Shown: one piece after another, positions 22,734 through 36,919 of the stretch | How positions within the stretch are numbered: the stretch's first letter is position 1 | Layout: every line of letters begins with the position of its first letter | Assembly (NCBI GenBank): GCA_976226885.1 | Contig: OZ320315.1 | Location: forward strand, 97,154,001-97,218,000 | Origin: Iphione sp. A-MEVVRFRX5 | Lineage: Eukaryota | Length of the DNA stretch: 64,000 nt | Direction: 5' to 3' | Translations under genes and position numbers: made by a program | Notes under the pieces: generated by a model | Seen by the model: only the letters and a program-made list of their open reading frames with translations | What the model was told of the DNA's origin: nothing | Database searches by the model: none

Positions 22734-24480
22734 TTGTATTTGTATTTTCAAATTTTATTTCTGAAGGGTGAAACATACAGTACTGTACATGGTCTCCAGA
22801 TCATAATACAACAATTAATGTAATGAGATGAATGATAACATTTCTAATCATATCCGATTGTTACAATGGTTCATATATCCACAGATATTTCTTAGATCAT
22901 TACATACATGTTATATATGTATTTCATACTTTCAATTGTTCTTCCATACACATTCATTAGACATTTGGAGATATACTCTTGTTTTATACCAAGGTTTACA
23001 CCAAAGTATTGCCATCATCCTACTAACATGTAATCATATACAATACCATACAATTTCCTCACCTTGTTGTAATGATCAATAGGATTCCTTTTTAAAATAT
23101 TGGTATTCTTGACATTTACCACATGATTTGGGAGCGAGTTCCACAATTTTACACTTTTGTAATATGGTGCTGATCTGCATCTCTCAATCTTTATTTTTGG
23201 GCATTTGAGAAGGTGCTGCTTACTTGTTCTTACATTTGCCCTTTCACTTAATTTCGCCACTGGCAGAATGCCTGTTTGATCTTCAATCCACAGTCTTGTT
23301 ACCAGTTGTACGTCTATTCTCAATATAATACACGGAATTCGAAGAGTTGGTAATACATCCCTTTGCTCCACCCCCAATATTTTACTTACTCTTTTTACAA
23401 AAGTGTTCAATATTTTTTGCAGCACCCTGCTTTTTACCAGACAAATTGTCAGACCGTTCTCAAGTATTGGCAACACAAAGGTCTTAATTAGTACAACCAT
23501 CATTTTTTGGGGTACATACATTTTAATTTTATTCAGGTACCACAGTTTCCAAGTAATACTTATTAGCCTACATTTCAGAAATGTCACAAACGTTAACCTC
23601 TCATCTAGTTCCATACCAAGGTATCTGTATCCATCTACTACACGTAACTGACTTGTACCCATTTTACATATGACATTTTTATACCTTGGACCTTCCTCTT
23701 TATATTTGTACACCACTACCTGGGTTTTGTTAACATTGACCAAAATTTTGTTGTTTTTAAACCATGTACAAATATTATCACTCAGTACTTGTAGTTTTTG
23801 TTATACTTTGGACTCATTGGACCCTGTGACATATGAGACTGTGTTGTCTGCATAAAGAATCGTCGTACCTTCTCCGTTTGATTTAGGCAGATACAAATAT
23901 GCTAAATAAGATCGGTCCCAAGGTGGACCCTTGCGGGACCCCACAATTAATAGGTTACTCACTGTTAGTTAGTGTCTGAACCTTTCTATTCACTAAGTAA
24001 CTTTTAAACCATGATATCTGATCCTTTATGCCAAGTGACATCAATTTTACAATCAGTGTATCGTGATCTACACTATCGAAGGCCTTGCGGCAATCGACAA
24101 ATATAGCTGCTAACACTTGCTTGGATTCCACGCATCATATATAGCACTAACAAATTTTGATGCAGCTGTGGTTGTACTTCGTGATGGCCTGAAACCGTGT
24201 TGACTTTCTGACAAGATATTATTATCTCTCAGGTAAGCCATCAACTGTCTGCACACACATTGTTCAATTATCTTAGACAGAATTGAGAGCATGCAAATTG
24301 GTCTATAGTTTACTGCATCACATGGATCACCACCTTTAAATAATAGTACGATTTTACCTCGTTTCAATTTATTTGGAAAGGTATTTGTTTTCAAGGAGGT
24401 GTTACATAAAGCGGTTAATTGTTTAGCCAAAATTAGGAAACATCTCTTAATCCATTTCAAGATTTTTATTTCCATCTCCG
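22734..24480 (-). mobile_element. LINE G RT remnant with short (AATAC)n-like tail
   Basis: TTGTATTTGTATT plus TTTATT at 22734-22759. RT ORFs 24110-24475 and 23015-23743. GVPQGSTLGP at about 23910-23940. Confidence 0.85.
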
Positions 24481-24489
24481 TGATACGAC

Positions 24490-27400
24490 GTCAGGAGCTT
24501 ATCTTGGAAACATGAGTGTAATGCAGTGCAATAAAAGGACAATTATGAAGATAGTGAACAGTGCAATATAAGATAGCTAAATACAAGAATTCATACATAT
24601 AAGAGTACAGACGTAAGTTTGCTCATCCAATTGTACAAGCGATATCATAATTGTTCCTATTGGTTGATAAACCTTATGATAGTTGCATATTTCACTTTTA
24701 GATAATCACATTTATCAGTTTTAATACATAAAATATAACGAGGTATGTCAGACCTCTGACACTAAATAATCATAGCGGATCACTTCGATGACAGACGTAT
24801 AGTAAATCACGTTTATCACACAAGGTACCTTTCATGGGTACTTCATCACAATTATAGCACAATAAAGTTCTATGGGGCAACACATTTTGCATTTCACACT
24901 TTCATCTATAATTCATATGTAGGTAAATTGAAGCAGTGGGCTTTAATGCAGGTATCAATGTCAGGGTAAAATTGACACATGTTAAGCCAAACAGTTTAGA
25001 GAAGTAGCTACTACAACCTACGGTATTGTTTGGCATTCCATTCGATTGCTGCCTTGTAACGAAGGCAGCGGCGAAATTTTGCACTGTTTGGTTTGGAACA
25101 AATGCACGTTGCAAACAACCAAGTCTTGTATTGGTTTTCATTGCCTCAGGCAGTAGACCTAGCCTCATTAACTTACCAATGCACATAGTGCCCTTAGTGT
25201 CCAGTAGCAAGTTTACATTCGGCACAGAAAATTTATTGGCAAGCAACCTGTTAGATAGGAAGTCTTGTTTTTGGAAGCAAACACGAGCACATTTGTTCAG
25301 GAAGGTTTGGAGTTAAAATCTCTGGCCACTGGACATCTCATACAGCATTATGGCATGGAAATGTAAATGCGTCAGTACTATTGATGTAAATAGTATTTTA
25401 CGAGCACCTGTCGGTAGTAAGTGTTTTGTTCTACCAATTTTCAGAGTAGCCATCCACATTAATCGCTTTAGATGGGTGAGTGACAATGTAGGCCTTAGGT
25501 CAGCGGACAATTGGTACCCTAGTACTCTAGCCCAACTTACCATCCCCAGCTGATCTCTGTCCAGGGTCAAGTCCAAATCATACCCGGATGTTTTCCCAAA
25601 CGTCATGTACGAGCAGTTTCCCTTACTTAGAACCAGTCCCATTTTCCTGCACCAGTCAGATACACTTCGCAGTACCACAAGCGCAGTTTCCCTGAGGTGA
25701 ATTATGTTTTACCACCTTCCTGCACCAGTCAGATACACTTTGCAGTACCACAAGCGCAGTTTCCCTGAGGTGAATTATGTTTCTAGCATAAACTGCAACA
25801 GGTAGATCGTCGGCGTACAGCATAGGGAAGCAGCCAGAGGGGATCATGGAGATGATATCATCAATAACCAGAGAGAAGGCACTGGGCCCAAGTATAGAGC
25901 CCTGTGGGACGCCATATGTTACTGGTAAGAACGAAGACTTATCCCCATTGCATACCACACATTGAGTGCGATCCGAAAGGTAACTACTGATCAGGTTTCT
26001 TGTTGTGATACCTATACCTTTCTGTTTAAGTACCTGCAGTAGCACACGGTGGCTCACTACATCAAAGGCCTTTTTTAGGTCAAACAGTAGGATGCAACCA
26101 TGCCAACCATCATTGCACTTCTCTTGGATGTTGCACAATAAGCTAGTGACAGCAGTTTCCGTGGAGCGTCCCTTCCTAAAACCATGTTGTGCATTTGATA
26201 ATCGGCCTGTGCTTTCAATCCACCCCATGATCTTCTCACAAAACCACAGCTCAAAGATTTTACCCGGTAGTGGTAGTATCGTGATTGGCCTGTAGTTTTG
26301 CAAGTCATTACAGTCACCTTTTTTATATACAGGTGTTACTAGTCCCCGTTTCCACACTGAAGGGAACCTTCCTTGCAGCAGCGATTGCAGAAAAATCCAA
26401 GTAAGGATCTCATGACACAATAGTAGTACAGGCCTGAGTACTCTCGTTGGGATACCGTGGACACCAGATGGTTTGTTTAGTTTTTGTTTTTGGACACATT
26501 TCAAGATTTCGTTTGGCATTGGCTGAGGTAGTTCAAAGATTTCTGGAGGAACAGATACGTCATTTGTAATTGGGGACAAGTCCTTTGTCAGAGTAGTTAC
26601 CTCATCCAAGAAATGCATGTTGAACGCTGATGCTAAATTTGTCATCCCAGTAGGTGGGGCACTAGGGAGTACACAATTTTTCTTTTCTCTCCCTGCAGCA
26701 CTATTCAAGAGATTCCAGCCAGCCTTTGAGTCCCCCTTAGCTTTTCTTATTGGGTTTTCCCAGTAGATGCGGCGTTCTTCCCTGATAGCTGATCTTATCC
26801 TTTTGTTTAGGAATTTGAAGATTCTCTGGCTGTCCACGTCTCCCAACCTCTTCCACTTTCGAAAATAGTATTTTCTGTCTTTTATTAGATCTAGTAGATT
26901 CCCACTAGGAACGAACCCATCCCTATCCTTTTTTACAGTTTTTGTCTTTTCTGGGCATTTATCTTCTAAGTAGATTCTAGGTTCTCCCATTTCTCTTCAT
27001 GATCACCATTACATTCAAGCAAGCCCTCATTTGCTAACATGTTGTGTATTTCATTCGGATCTGCACTTGACCAGTTATGTACAGTGATAGTTTCCCTTTT
27101 TCTCCATCGTACCCCCTTTTTCATAGTGACAGTTACAGGTAGGTGATCACTTAGGAAGAAGTCAAGGGTGTGACCCCCATTGTGATCCTTGAAGTCGACC
27201 CATATATGGTCAAGACAATGATTCGAACCAATCATAGTTGAGTCTTGTATTAGTTGACGAAAACCCCAGCCAGAATTTTCCCTCCCCCTTTTGTGTGGTC
27301 CCTGTAGTTATAGTTAAAATCCCCCATGATGATTCTGTCAGTACCATTTGCTATGAAGAATTCTGATGAGGCCACTGATAAACATTCCAGCGAGTTAGTG

Positions 27401-28880
27401 ATTTTGTCATCAGGTGGCCTATAGATTCCCAAAATTTCTATTGGTTTCTTTTCCTGGCTATAAGTGTAATACCTAAGATTTCACATGTGGAGTCTGGATG
27501 ACAGTGCCTCATTAGCGCAGTTGTTTTGAAATCAGCTCTATAGTACAGTAAGATACCCCCACCTCTCCTCTTTACATTAGTTTGTCTGTCATGTCTAATG
27601 AACTTGTAGCCTTTGATTTCAAGATATGTGTCATCAACTGTGTCAGTTAACCAAGATTCAGTAAGGAGGCAAACATCAATCCTTTCCTCATCAAGTAAGA
27701 CTCGGATATCGTCAATTTTCTTTGAGATACTTCGTATATTGTAACATACAAATTTCAGACCAGGCGACATGATTGCAATTGGTAGTAAATAAAATAAACA
27801 TAACATCCCGAGGTCAAACAACAGCGTCCAATGGAGCATTGTACTATGATAATAATAGAAACTTAGAATCAGCAATGCATCGATAATCGATGTTATTGAG
27901 GCTGAGTCTCTGGGATATAACTTTTACCTTGTGCACTGTGCTACTGATTGCTTAGCTTATAGGATAAATAATCAGCATTAGACACACGAGGTAGGTTTAG
28001 CTTGATTACTGGAATTGATTCTCTTTATGAATTTCTAATTAAGTAATGATAGCCTTTGTCACTACTTTTGATGTACCAACAGTTTCTGGTTAAATTATAT
28101 ATGAATATTCATCTAGGCCCCTCAATAGCTTACCAAAACTGTACACGTGTAGATGATAGGACAAGATATTTGTATACAGTATATATATCACAGGTAACAC
28201 AAGAACAGTCCGTTGGCCAAGTGCAACATTAGTCACTGTTGGAATTCACACAGCTAATAGCATAGTACTCAAGTGCCTGTGTAAAGTAGTAACATTACCC
28301 ATGTGTTAAACAGCACAGCCGTAATTACAAAGACAAATGATGCAAATTTCTGGTAGTACGATGAAGGAACCATGCTCTCCCGGTCATTGGTCCCAATATG
28401 CAGATAGCAATAGTCCAGCAAGTCAGTCTGTGTGATACACTGTTAGAAATTCAAAGTTAATAATGAATGTGCATATAATTCAAAGTCAATAGTGAATGTG
28501 CATTAGAGGACCATTGTTTCCCACATGATAGCTCCCATACAGTGAGATATATTCGTGCAGGAATAGACACATAGAGTATGACCATTCATTCACCGTGGCA
28601 GCCTTTGACCTGAAGCCATCATTTAGCAGATGGTCAAAATTATTTACCACATCTCCACCAGAAGGAAGGGAAACTGGTGATGATAATCAGCAAGGGATGA
28701 CTCCTATGGCACATGCTGAGGAGTCACATTTCATGTTGTGGATTGTTAGTGCTGCATTCACCTTGAGTTGCTCTAACTCATTGTCCATGTCAGGCTCCAT
28801 CGATGCAAGGTCTATTCCAGCAGCTGAGCAGAACACCACGTGTGGACCACCATCACCATTTAGTTTTAAGATCACCAATG
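24490..28880 (-). mobile_element. LINE H: SGNH ORF remnant + EN-RT ORF2
   Basis: EN 27250-27770 (YNIRSISKKIDD, TESWL, YRPP, GDFN), RT 25656-26990 (GVPQGSILGP, YADD), C-terminal 24902-25678, SGNH C-terminal remnant about 28500-28880. Confidence 0.85.
25644..25790. repeat. 73-bp tandem duplication within LINE H RT
   Basis: TTCCTGCACCAGTCAGATACACTT..GAATTATGTTT occurs twice, about 73 bp apart, and shifts the ORF2 frame. Confidence 0.85.
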
Positions 28881-31320
28881 TTGCTTGCCTTACTGTCTTT
28901 AACTCCTTTAATGATATTTCTAACAGTGGTTATATCAACTTCGCTCCAGGAAAATGTACATCCTACATCAGGTTCTATTGGGGGCTTGATACTACCATCA
29001 AGATATTTTTGTAAATTTATTCCGATGTTAGCAAAATAGCTGTTCAGACTGTTGGAAGCGACAAGTCCTCTTACTAGTCGATTACCATCTCACACAATAA
29101 TCTCATGTGATTTGGCACCCTTTTTGTTATCTACCAGCGATTTTTTAACGTTAGTCCAGAAACCTCTTGGAGTAATTTAAACGTTTTAAAGAGAGTGTAA
29201 TAGTAGTCTTGTTTGGATTTAACTATATATCGTCTCACTTCATATTTACTAATACGGTATCTCAGCCTAGTATTGGGACTACCACTATTATTATGCATTA
29301 TATAGGCTTTGTTTTTAGAAAGGATTAATTCCCTGAGTCTTTTGTCTTCACCTGCCTTTTTCTTTTTAGGTGTAGTAACCACATACGGGCAGACAACATC
29401 AAACAGTTTGAATAATACCCTTAATAGAAACTCAACCATGTAGTTTACATTACCACTCTCATAGTAAGATGTCCACTTTATGCTTGATAGCTCCTCTCTT
29501 ATTGCTTGCCTTTTTATAGGCATGGTATTCCGAGCTTCCTTCTAAAAACACCCAAAAAGATACTTGATTATGATCACTGATTTCTACTACTTTGCTATCT
29601 AGATCTTGGTAACTCAGGTTTGTAAAACATAAATCAATTCTGGAGTGTTTATTCTTAGATATCCTAGTGGGTTGCCTGACTATTTGCCGTAATCCTGATA
29701 GCCATCATCTCCTCGATATCATCATATCTGGCATCTTTAGTATCGACATTAAAATCACCACAAATAAGCACTCTATTATCTTCAACATATTCCAGTTGTA
29801 TACCTATCAACTCACATGCTGTTTTGAGATTACCACTTGGCGGTCTGTAAATTGTACCTAAGTAAACTTTTTCATCTAACATTAGAACAACCCACATTAT
29901 TTCAATACTTGGTAAAGATTCATTTAAAATACTATATGTCATTAGCTCAGCGTTATAACATTTTTTACGTACATACAGACACCACCTCCTTTCTTCTCTT
30001 CCCGGTCTTTTCTTAACATTTTATAGCCATCGACTGAGAGTGATACTGAAGGTAAAACAGGCTTTAACCAGGTTTCAGTCACCATGAATACATCAAAGTC
30101 ATTGTTTGAGATTATGATTCGTATCTCTTCCATCTTATTAAATAGGCTCCTAACATTTAATTGACCAACATACAAATTTGTCTTGCATTTTACTTTACCG
30201 ATTCTTACCTTACTGAATCAGGTATACATTCCCTAGTACCTTTGAGGGAGATATATATTCCCCAATAATGAGTGAAAATGATCGACAGTGAGTCATGTGT
30301 GAGATTTATGTAATAATACATGATAACAACAAGAAAATGACCCTTCGTGAGGTATCCACACGTCGCCGTAGACCCCCACGGTGAAGACTTGTTCCTTAGA
30401 TATACTTCGTTATGCATTAGGTTTGCATAGATAACTGCGGATTTTTTTAATACACTGAGCACAGAGACCTCCATACTCAGCACATTGTAATCGGTAGTGA
30501 TTCCACAACTAGCCTGTATACTTAGACAACGTTTGTTATCTTATTACACCACAGGAAGTACAATACCAACGGGCATAACAACATCCACACTCGCTATACG
30601 TTGGTACGGTTAGCCGTCGTCAGATATTTTTATCTTCGTTAAAAAACCTCCACCGTACATCAGAGCAGTTATGGGCTTTGAACAGACATACATAGATGGG
30701 TACAGAAACCTCCGCACCCAAGTACAGAAACCTCCATACCTTCCTATCTGATTAAACCAACTAACCAACGAATCCATCGATGTATTTCTTAATAATTACT
30801 GCCATTCTGCCATATGCTTCATCAGTCAAATGGCAACCGTCCTCTAGAGTGTCCTTTCTTAAACGGTATTTACCATGCTTGTTTGGATATGCAACCTTAT
30901 TAATCCATGATGTCGGTACTCCACACGAACAGTTCTTAGCAATTATAAAATTGTTACATTGGACTACCGCATCGTTGATAGTGTCCTGATATTTTCCTGA
31001 TCCCTCAATCTGCTGGCCTAGGTGATGGTTATACAGCACAACATCGAGCGGGTTGAAGGTGGCAAAGATCAACGGACTATTTGGTAATGCCTCAGAGACC
31101 TCCAAGGAAACCAATTTTAAGTTATCTTCGAATTCCCGCACGATTTCTGTAACCGATCCTTTCCTTGGTAGACAGCATCGATATCCTTGTTCATCTTGAT
31201 GCAACTCTGTGATATCACAGATTCCCCCACACAACATGATAAACGCTGGCTGCTCAAAGTCTGTTGTCAAAGGATGTCCACAGATTGTCAAGGCAGTGTG
31301 AGTTGGTCACCATAGTCAGA
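28880..31320 (-). mobile_element. LINE I, 5-prime part: SGNH ORF (30761-31291) + EN/linker of ORF2 (RT deleted)
   Basis: GGICDIT and EDGCHL in the SGNH ORF. GQLNVRSLFNKMEE, TETWL, YRPP, GDFN in EN. Confidence 0.8.
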
Positions 31321-31329
31321 GCATTGAGG

Positions 31330-32340
31330 GTTTGTACGAAGCCCTTACCAGAAATTTGGTTGGCCAAGTTCCCACCACATTTGGGGCCCCATAATCATAG
31401 TTGAAATTACTGATGATGATCGATGGCAGTGGCAGAATCAGATACTCGGTCGCCCGGTGGTCTGTAGACAGTTAACACTTAACTGAGTGATGAGCAGTTC
31501 ACATTTTGAGTCAGTATCGGCTACGGGGGGTTGACCCAGGAAGCAAATGGTGTCCCTGTTGTAAACAGCAATTCCTCCTCCTCTGTTGCAGCGGTCTTTC
31601 ATCACCATGTTTTATCCTGGGATGTGTATCTCTCCAACTGTGTGGCTTGATCCAAACCACGATTCTGTAATGCAGGCTATGTCAACATCATTGCTTGCAA
31701 GCAGGACAGCTAACTGCCAAGTCTTCTTCAGTAGACTTCTGATATTGTAGCCAATTATGCGGTATCCCATGTTTCCTGGCGTTTGCTAGTAGATAAGCAT
31801 TCTGCACTGGTTCTCATAGACTGTTAAAGAAAGACTGTTAAAGATCCAAAACATAATGCTCAGCTCCCTTTTATTGAATATTCTTACCGAAAACCTTGCC
31901 CCTTGCCAGTATAGTTACCAATGGAATTACAGTGATTCACTAAACGACCAATCGCTAGTCCTAGCAAGTTGGCTCCCCTTTCTATATCATCTTCGCCACA
32001 CTCTTAGATTGGAGTCAAGAGCTAGGTATGGTTGTGATTGTATTTACTCTCAATAAATGTGTCCAGAATAACCTCTAAGGCATCTGTCCATTGCTTAGTT
32101 GCATTGATTCTGTTTCCAATTTTTCGCGCTTTGTAATCGGAACAACAGTAGTAATTGCCATCTAATTCTAGTGGCGAATGCTCCATTGGTGATAGCCCGA
32201 TAGAGTCTTGCATTAGATCATCACGGTCCTTAGGTGTATAGCGCTCCCCTTCCAGAAGCAGTTCACGCACACTCGAGCGCTTCCCCTGTTTTCTTGCAGA
32301 TGCTGCTATGCATGATTGACTCTGATGTGCATCCATGTTT
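31330..32340 (-). mobile_element. LINE J remnant: ORF1 CTD + deleted NADAR (about 31930-32132) + EN fragment (31330-31780)
   Basis: ARKQGKRSSVRELLLEGERYT (CTD), KIGNRINATKQW-x13-SKYNHN, GANLLGLAIGRL (NADAR). Manual translation gives GYNIRSLLKK..ITESW..RGGGIAVY and YRPP. Confidence 0.7.
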
Positions 32341-35300
32341 TTATGCATGTTACATCTCATGACATCCCGATACCAGCTACCCTTTTTGTACTTTGATAGA
32401 GTGGGTCTATACAAGGACAAGGTGGGACCCATACTTTTCCTGGTTGGTCTCCTCGGTCTCTTCAGATGACACAGCTTTTGATTCACCATCTTGTGGAACA
32501 ACAGCATGCCTTGTATGTTACCTCTTTTCTCCAGACTCCTCAGGTTTAATTCACGTCTGAGACGTTTTGCAGACTTGATAGTTATTCTAGTGCACAGTAC
32601 AAATCTCTTTAGTAAGTAGTTGTACTCAATCTGCAGGTTTGTTAACAACTTATCATTTGCAGATACTATATGACAATTGAGAACAACAATGGGCTCAAAT
32701 GGCTCCCCTGTGGGACTCCTTGCTGGACAGACCGTTTGGATGCTTTAAATTTAGAAACCATTCCGAAATGAGTCTGCCTATTGAATTGATTCATAGCACT
32801 CATTCATAAGGAATGTCATGGCAGTGGACATCCTCCTATCAGGTCTGAACACGTGCTGTTCTGGAGCGAGCTGGGACAATTTCTCTAAGTATTCAGACAA
32901 CTTCTGCTCTACATGACTTTCTACCAGCTTCCCCATTCCATGAAGGATGGATACTGGTCGATAGTTCTCTTTCAGTACAGCAGGCTTCTTTTTGAGAATG
33001 GGCCTGACTCATGATGTTTTCCAGGCACTTAGGAAATTGGTGCTAGTGATTGAGATATTTACTATTGACAGCACTAACATCAGATTGATCATAGTGGTGT
33101 CTTTGAAAACCCACATTGGCACATCCTTATTCCACTCGATTTCTTGTCATTTAGCCAATGTACTGCCATTTGTAACTCTCTCTCATTGTCGGTGTGCACC
33201 ACCCTGTCAGATTAGCCTCAATATTTTCTATTTTGATCGATGAGCTTGCCACCCTTGTAAGGCCTGTTGCCTTTGCAATAAACCACTCATTGGGTAACTC
33301 TGGTACACTTTCCAGTGAGACCTGGGCATCATCTGTGTCCTCTTCAAGACATCGGTGTTGATTATATTCCAGTAATCCCTGGCATTGCTACAACTGTCCA
33401 GTCATCATTCTCTTGTAGAATTTGCCTATCCTGTTTGGGTCTGTCTGCATGTTTACGGTATTCATTTAGAAAGTAATTTCTATTCTTAATAGCCTCAACG
33501 ATTCTTGGTGTTACCCATTCATGCTGTTTCCTACACTTGTATTTTCGGATTAACACAGATCATTTGCCCCTCCCTCATTGCATCTTTTAGCCAGGTCCAT
33601 ACTTCATCAATGTTTCCAGTTGTCGGGTTTGGGAGGTTCTTTACTATGGGGTGCAGAAATTCAGCTCCGACTTACTATACTTAACTGTATGATCTAGCCT
33701 CATATTCCATTGTGATGTACTTTTCCCTTTCCTTCTTATTTATTAGGTAGACTGGATAGTGGTCACTAGTGGCTTTATCAAATACACCTGATGCTGTACG
33801 ACATATTAGTAAACATCAGATCAAGACATGATTTTGACGTTTTGTGTAGTAGTGTTGGTTCTGTAAGGTACTGATGTATACCTCACAGTTTCATGCTTTG
33901 CTCAAATGCAACCTTGTGTGCCGTGTCCGTTAACCAATTTATATTAAAATCCCCACATATGATTACATCTGTTCCTTTTTGAAGAGAATGTAAACAAGTA
34001 GTGAAATAGTAATTTCTCATCTCGAAGTTTACTGGGGGAATGCAATAGCAGCAGCAAAGCAAGCTGACTCCAAGTGTTCGTTCATTATGTCCATGTCATT
34101 CAACTCAGTTAAATGGCAGTCTTCTCTAATAAATATGCATGTCCCACCACCTTTGCTTTTCAATACTGATTTTAACTTGATCCTCCCAGATAGTCTGTTA
34201 ACCATGTTTCTACCAGTTAAATTGCAATCAGTGTATATTGTTTTGCCAGCATTTCAACTTCATGTAGTTTCGGAAGTAGACTCCTGATGTTCCAAGTGAT
34301 GAATTCACGCCCCTTGCTGTCCGCCATTCCTCTGTTGTCACGACGGGCAGCTGATAGGTTGATAATTAGTCCTGGAGCAGTCCTGTAATGTAGTCTCCTA
34401 CATTACATGACCAGTTGTAGATGATGTGATGACTCACTCTGCCAGCTGTAACTCATGAGAACTCATGTACTGGCCACGAGGTCTCAGGAGTAGAATGGCC
34501 TGCAAGTAAGTTCCGTTTCTTCAACGGCCAGATTGTAATGGCATATCTGGGCATTCAAGACGGATTGCTCCTCTGGCTTGCTGTCAGACAGAGGTATACT
34601 GTGTATCGGGAGGAACAGAACAGGGTGCATCATATTATTAACAAGATGGTGCGAGATGGTGGCTCGGTATGTTGTGTGTCCACATCATCATCACTACTCA
34701 CACGTAGCACCCACCATCCTCCTTCCCGTTCTAGAAACGTGTGGAGCCCCAGCCTTATCACAGGTCAAACTGAATAGACTGATTGGAAGTGAAGAGGTGT
34801 GGTGAGCAATCTCTTATATGGTCGTCGCCGGGTACACATGCGTCGATAGGAAAAACCTGTCATAGAATTTCTCCTGGACGTAGTAGACCAGTTCAATGCC
34901 GGTTTCATCTGTTATGTACCGCACAGTCCGATTCATACCTGGAAACACCCCAGGAAACAAGCTTCATTACTTAGTCAGACAAGCAGTTTGTGCTTTATGG
35001 ATGCAGTAGTCCCGTTATATGAATAAAGTTAGACACTATTTTTGAGTGATAAATCCTATCTGAGGACCAGCGTTAGGCACACAACTCAAAGAGAGGGGGA
35101 CTCATCCACCTGGTTTAGTAAGATGTATAGGCTAAAATGTCCTCTCCCATCTCATCAGTCATAAATTGGATTACAGGATTCCTCCATGGAATGGAGATAT
35201 AAATAACTGTCTTTCATCGATCCCACACCACCGCATTGTTGTACTTTACTAATTAGAAGAAATCATGGATGCGTGTCCATTGAGGTATTCATCACAGAGT

Positions 35301-36910
35301 CAAGCCTACCATATACTTGTCCCCGTGTCTGTCCCCCCACACACATGAGTCCCACAGATTTAAACTTGAGCCTAGTTAGGACGCCTCAACAAGGTACAGG
35401 GTGTCACTTTTACAAAGAAAGTCAAAAATGGCTGGATTCTGCTCCAGCTTACTTCGTGTCAGGTCTACCAGGAGTTGAGCACTTTGTGATTCCCACTCTG
35501 TGTTTGTTGGTAGGCGACTCCCAATGGTTCTTATGACTATCGGGTTTCTCTCGTCTTTGATGCTCTGCGCTGTTTATGTATCGCCCAGTGCTACCACTTC
35601 ACAGTGCTGCTAGGTCTGCTCAACCTATGTGTACTTTGTAAAGCAGGTTACACTCGTACTGATTGACAATGGGAATGTGAATGTCAATGTGTTCTCGTGG
35701 TGATACAAGTTTGCTTCTTCTAATGTCTGCCAGCATGTCAGGGCTGGCAGTAACTCCGATAGCTTGTCATAGCTGTAGCGTATGCCATTAACCATGAGGA
35801 TTATCCCCTTCACACCTGCCCGATGGCCTAGCTCCCTTGCATGATGGGCAATTGTTTGAAGATCCCAATGTTTTCCTTGTAAATGAAGTGGTGTAAATTC
35901 GTTTGTATTCTTTGTGTGTTTTTTAGCTGAAATCTGGCTCTGTAAGCAACATCTCTGGCCCTCGGTTGGTTTTGCCTGTGTTTTCCAATTCTTCTTACCT
36001 CCTCGATTTCATTTTCATCCATTGCACTGCCAATACTTGCCAGGATGTCTGTAACTACCTGATAAATGTCTTCGTCTTTCTTCCTCTATCCCTTGGAATA
36101 TGAGGTTATTCTGACGTTCTGTTAGGTCTTCACTACTGTCTGCGACGGAAGCTTCGGTTTTGTCTCTCAAGCTAGATGATGATTCTTCCTTAAGAGTGCT
36201 TACATCGTTTTCAATCTTGTTAGTTTTTATTTGAATATATTCCGTTGAGGATGCAATCTCTTGTAGTTTTTCCTCTTGTTTCATTAGCCCTTCTTCCTCG
36301 AGCCTCCTAAGCCTTTCTCAATGTTTTACTGTGAAACCCGACTTCCTGTGCTCTAGAACAGTTACAGGGCTTTGTTTTGCTAAGCTTCTGAAAGGTTTCA
36401 TGCGAGTCTGCTACTACTGGTTACCTCTTCATCCTGTCTTCCCGCGCAGGTGGGAGCCCCTCTTGGCCGGCGTCCTTCCTTGTCCTGGCCGGGGTTTTCG
36501 GGCGGTAATGGGTTACTCCACTCACAATCCCTGTCCTCGGTTGCAGTGGTTGGTATCCCGCTACCGGTACTCCCTGTTGCAACTTTGCCGTTTAGATCTT
36601 GTTCGGTTTATCATGTCTTCCTGTCTACTTGGACATCCACTTGGATTTGTAAATTTGGTTATAGTGGCGATTCTGTTTATCAGTATTGTAGCGCTCGGTA
36701 CAGACACCCACTACCGTTTCTATCTATACTACTGAGTCACCACAGGCAGCTACAGACACAGGTATCATGGACAGACCAACCGAAACAGAACTGAGGGAGC
36801 ATTCTACTACCTCTGCACTGCTCTGCCTAGTCTTCTTAGCAGATCTGCCCCCAGAGGAGGATCTCTTGCCTCTCTTTTGCTGCCTAGGCTGCTCAGCTGG
36901 CATGCCCATG
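32340..36910 (-). mobile_element. LINE M (related to LINE D), heavily decayed: ORF1-NADAR, SGNH-like ORF, EN-RT
   Basis: ORF1 35625-36910. NADAR about 35290-35690 (VEQT*QH..W..SKLEQNP..YLVEAS). TDEMG at about 35140. EN TWNIRSLLPKLHEVE at about 34200-34320. RT YRPVSIL and GVPQGSHLSP at 32700-32970. Confidence 0.8.
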
Positions 36911-36919
36911 CTGTTTGTT

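Noticed and set aside
32022-32648. 208-aa ORF as one protein
   Set aside because: It is a deletion-junction chimera of an RT C-terminus and another element's ORF1/NADAR.
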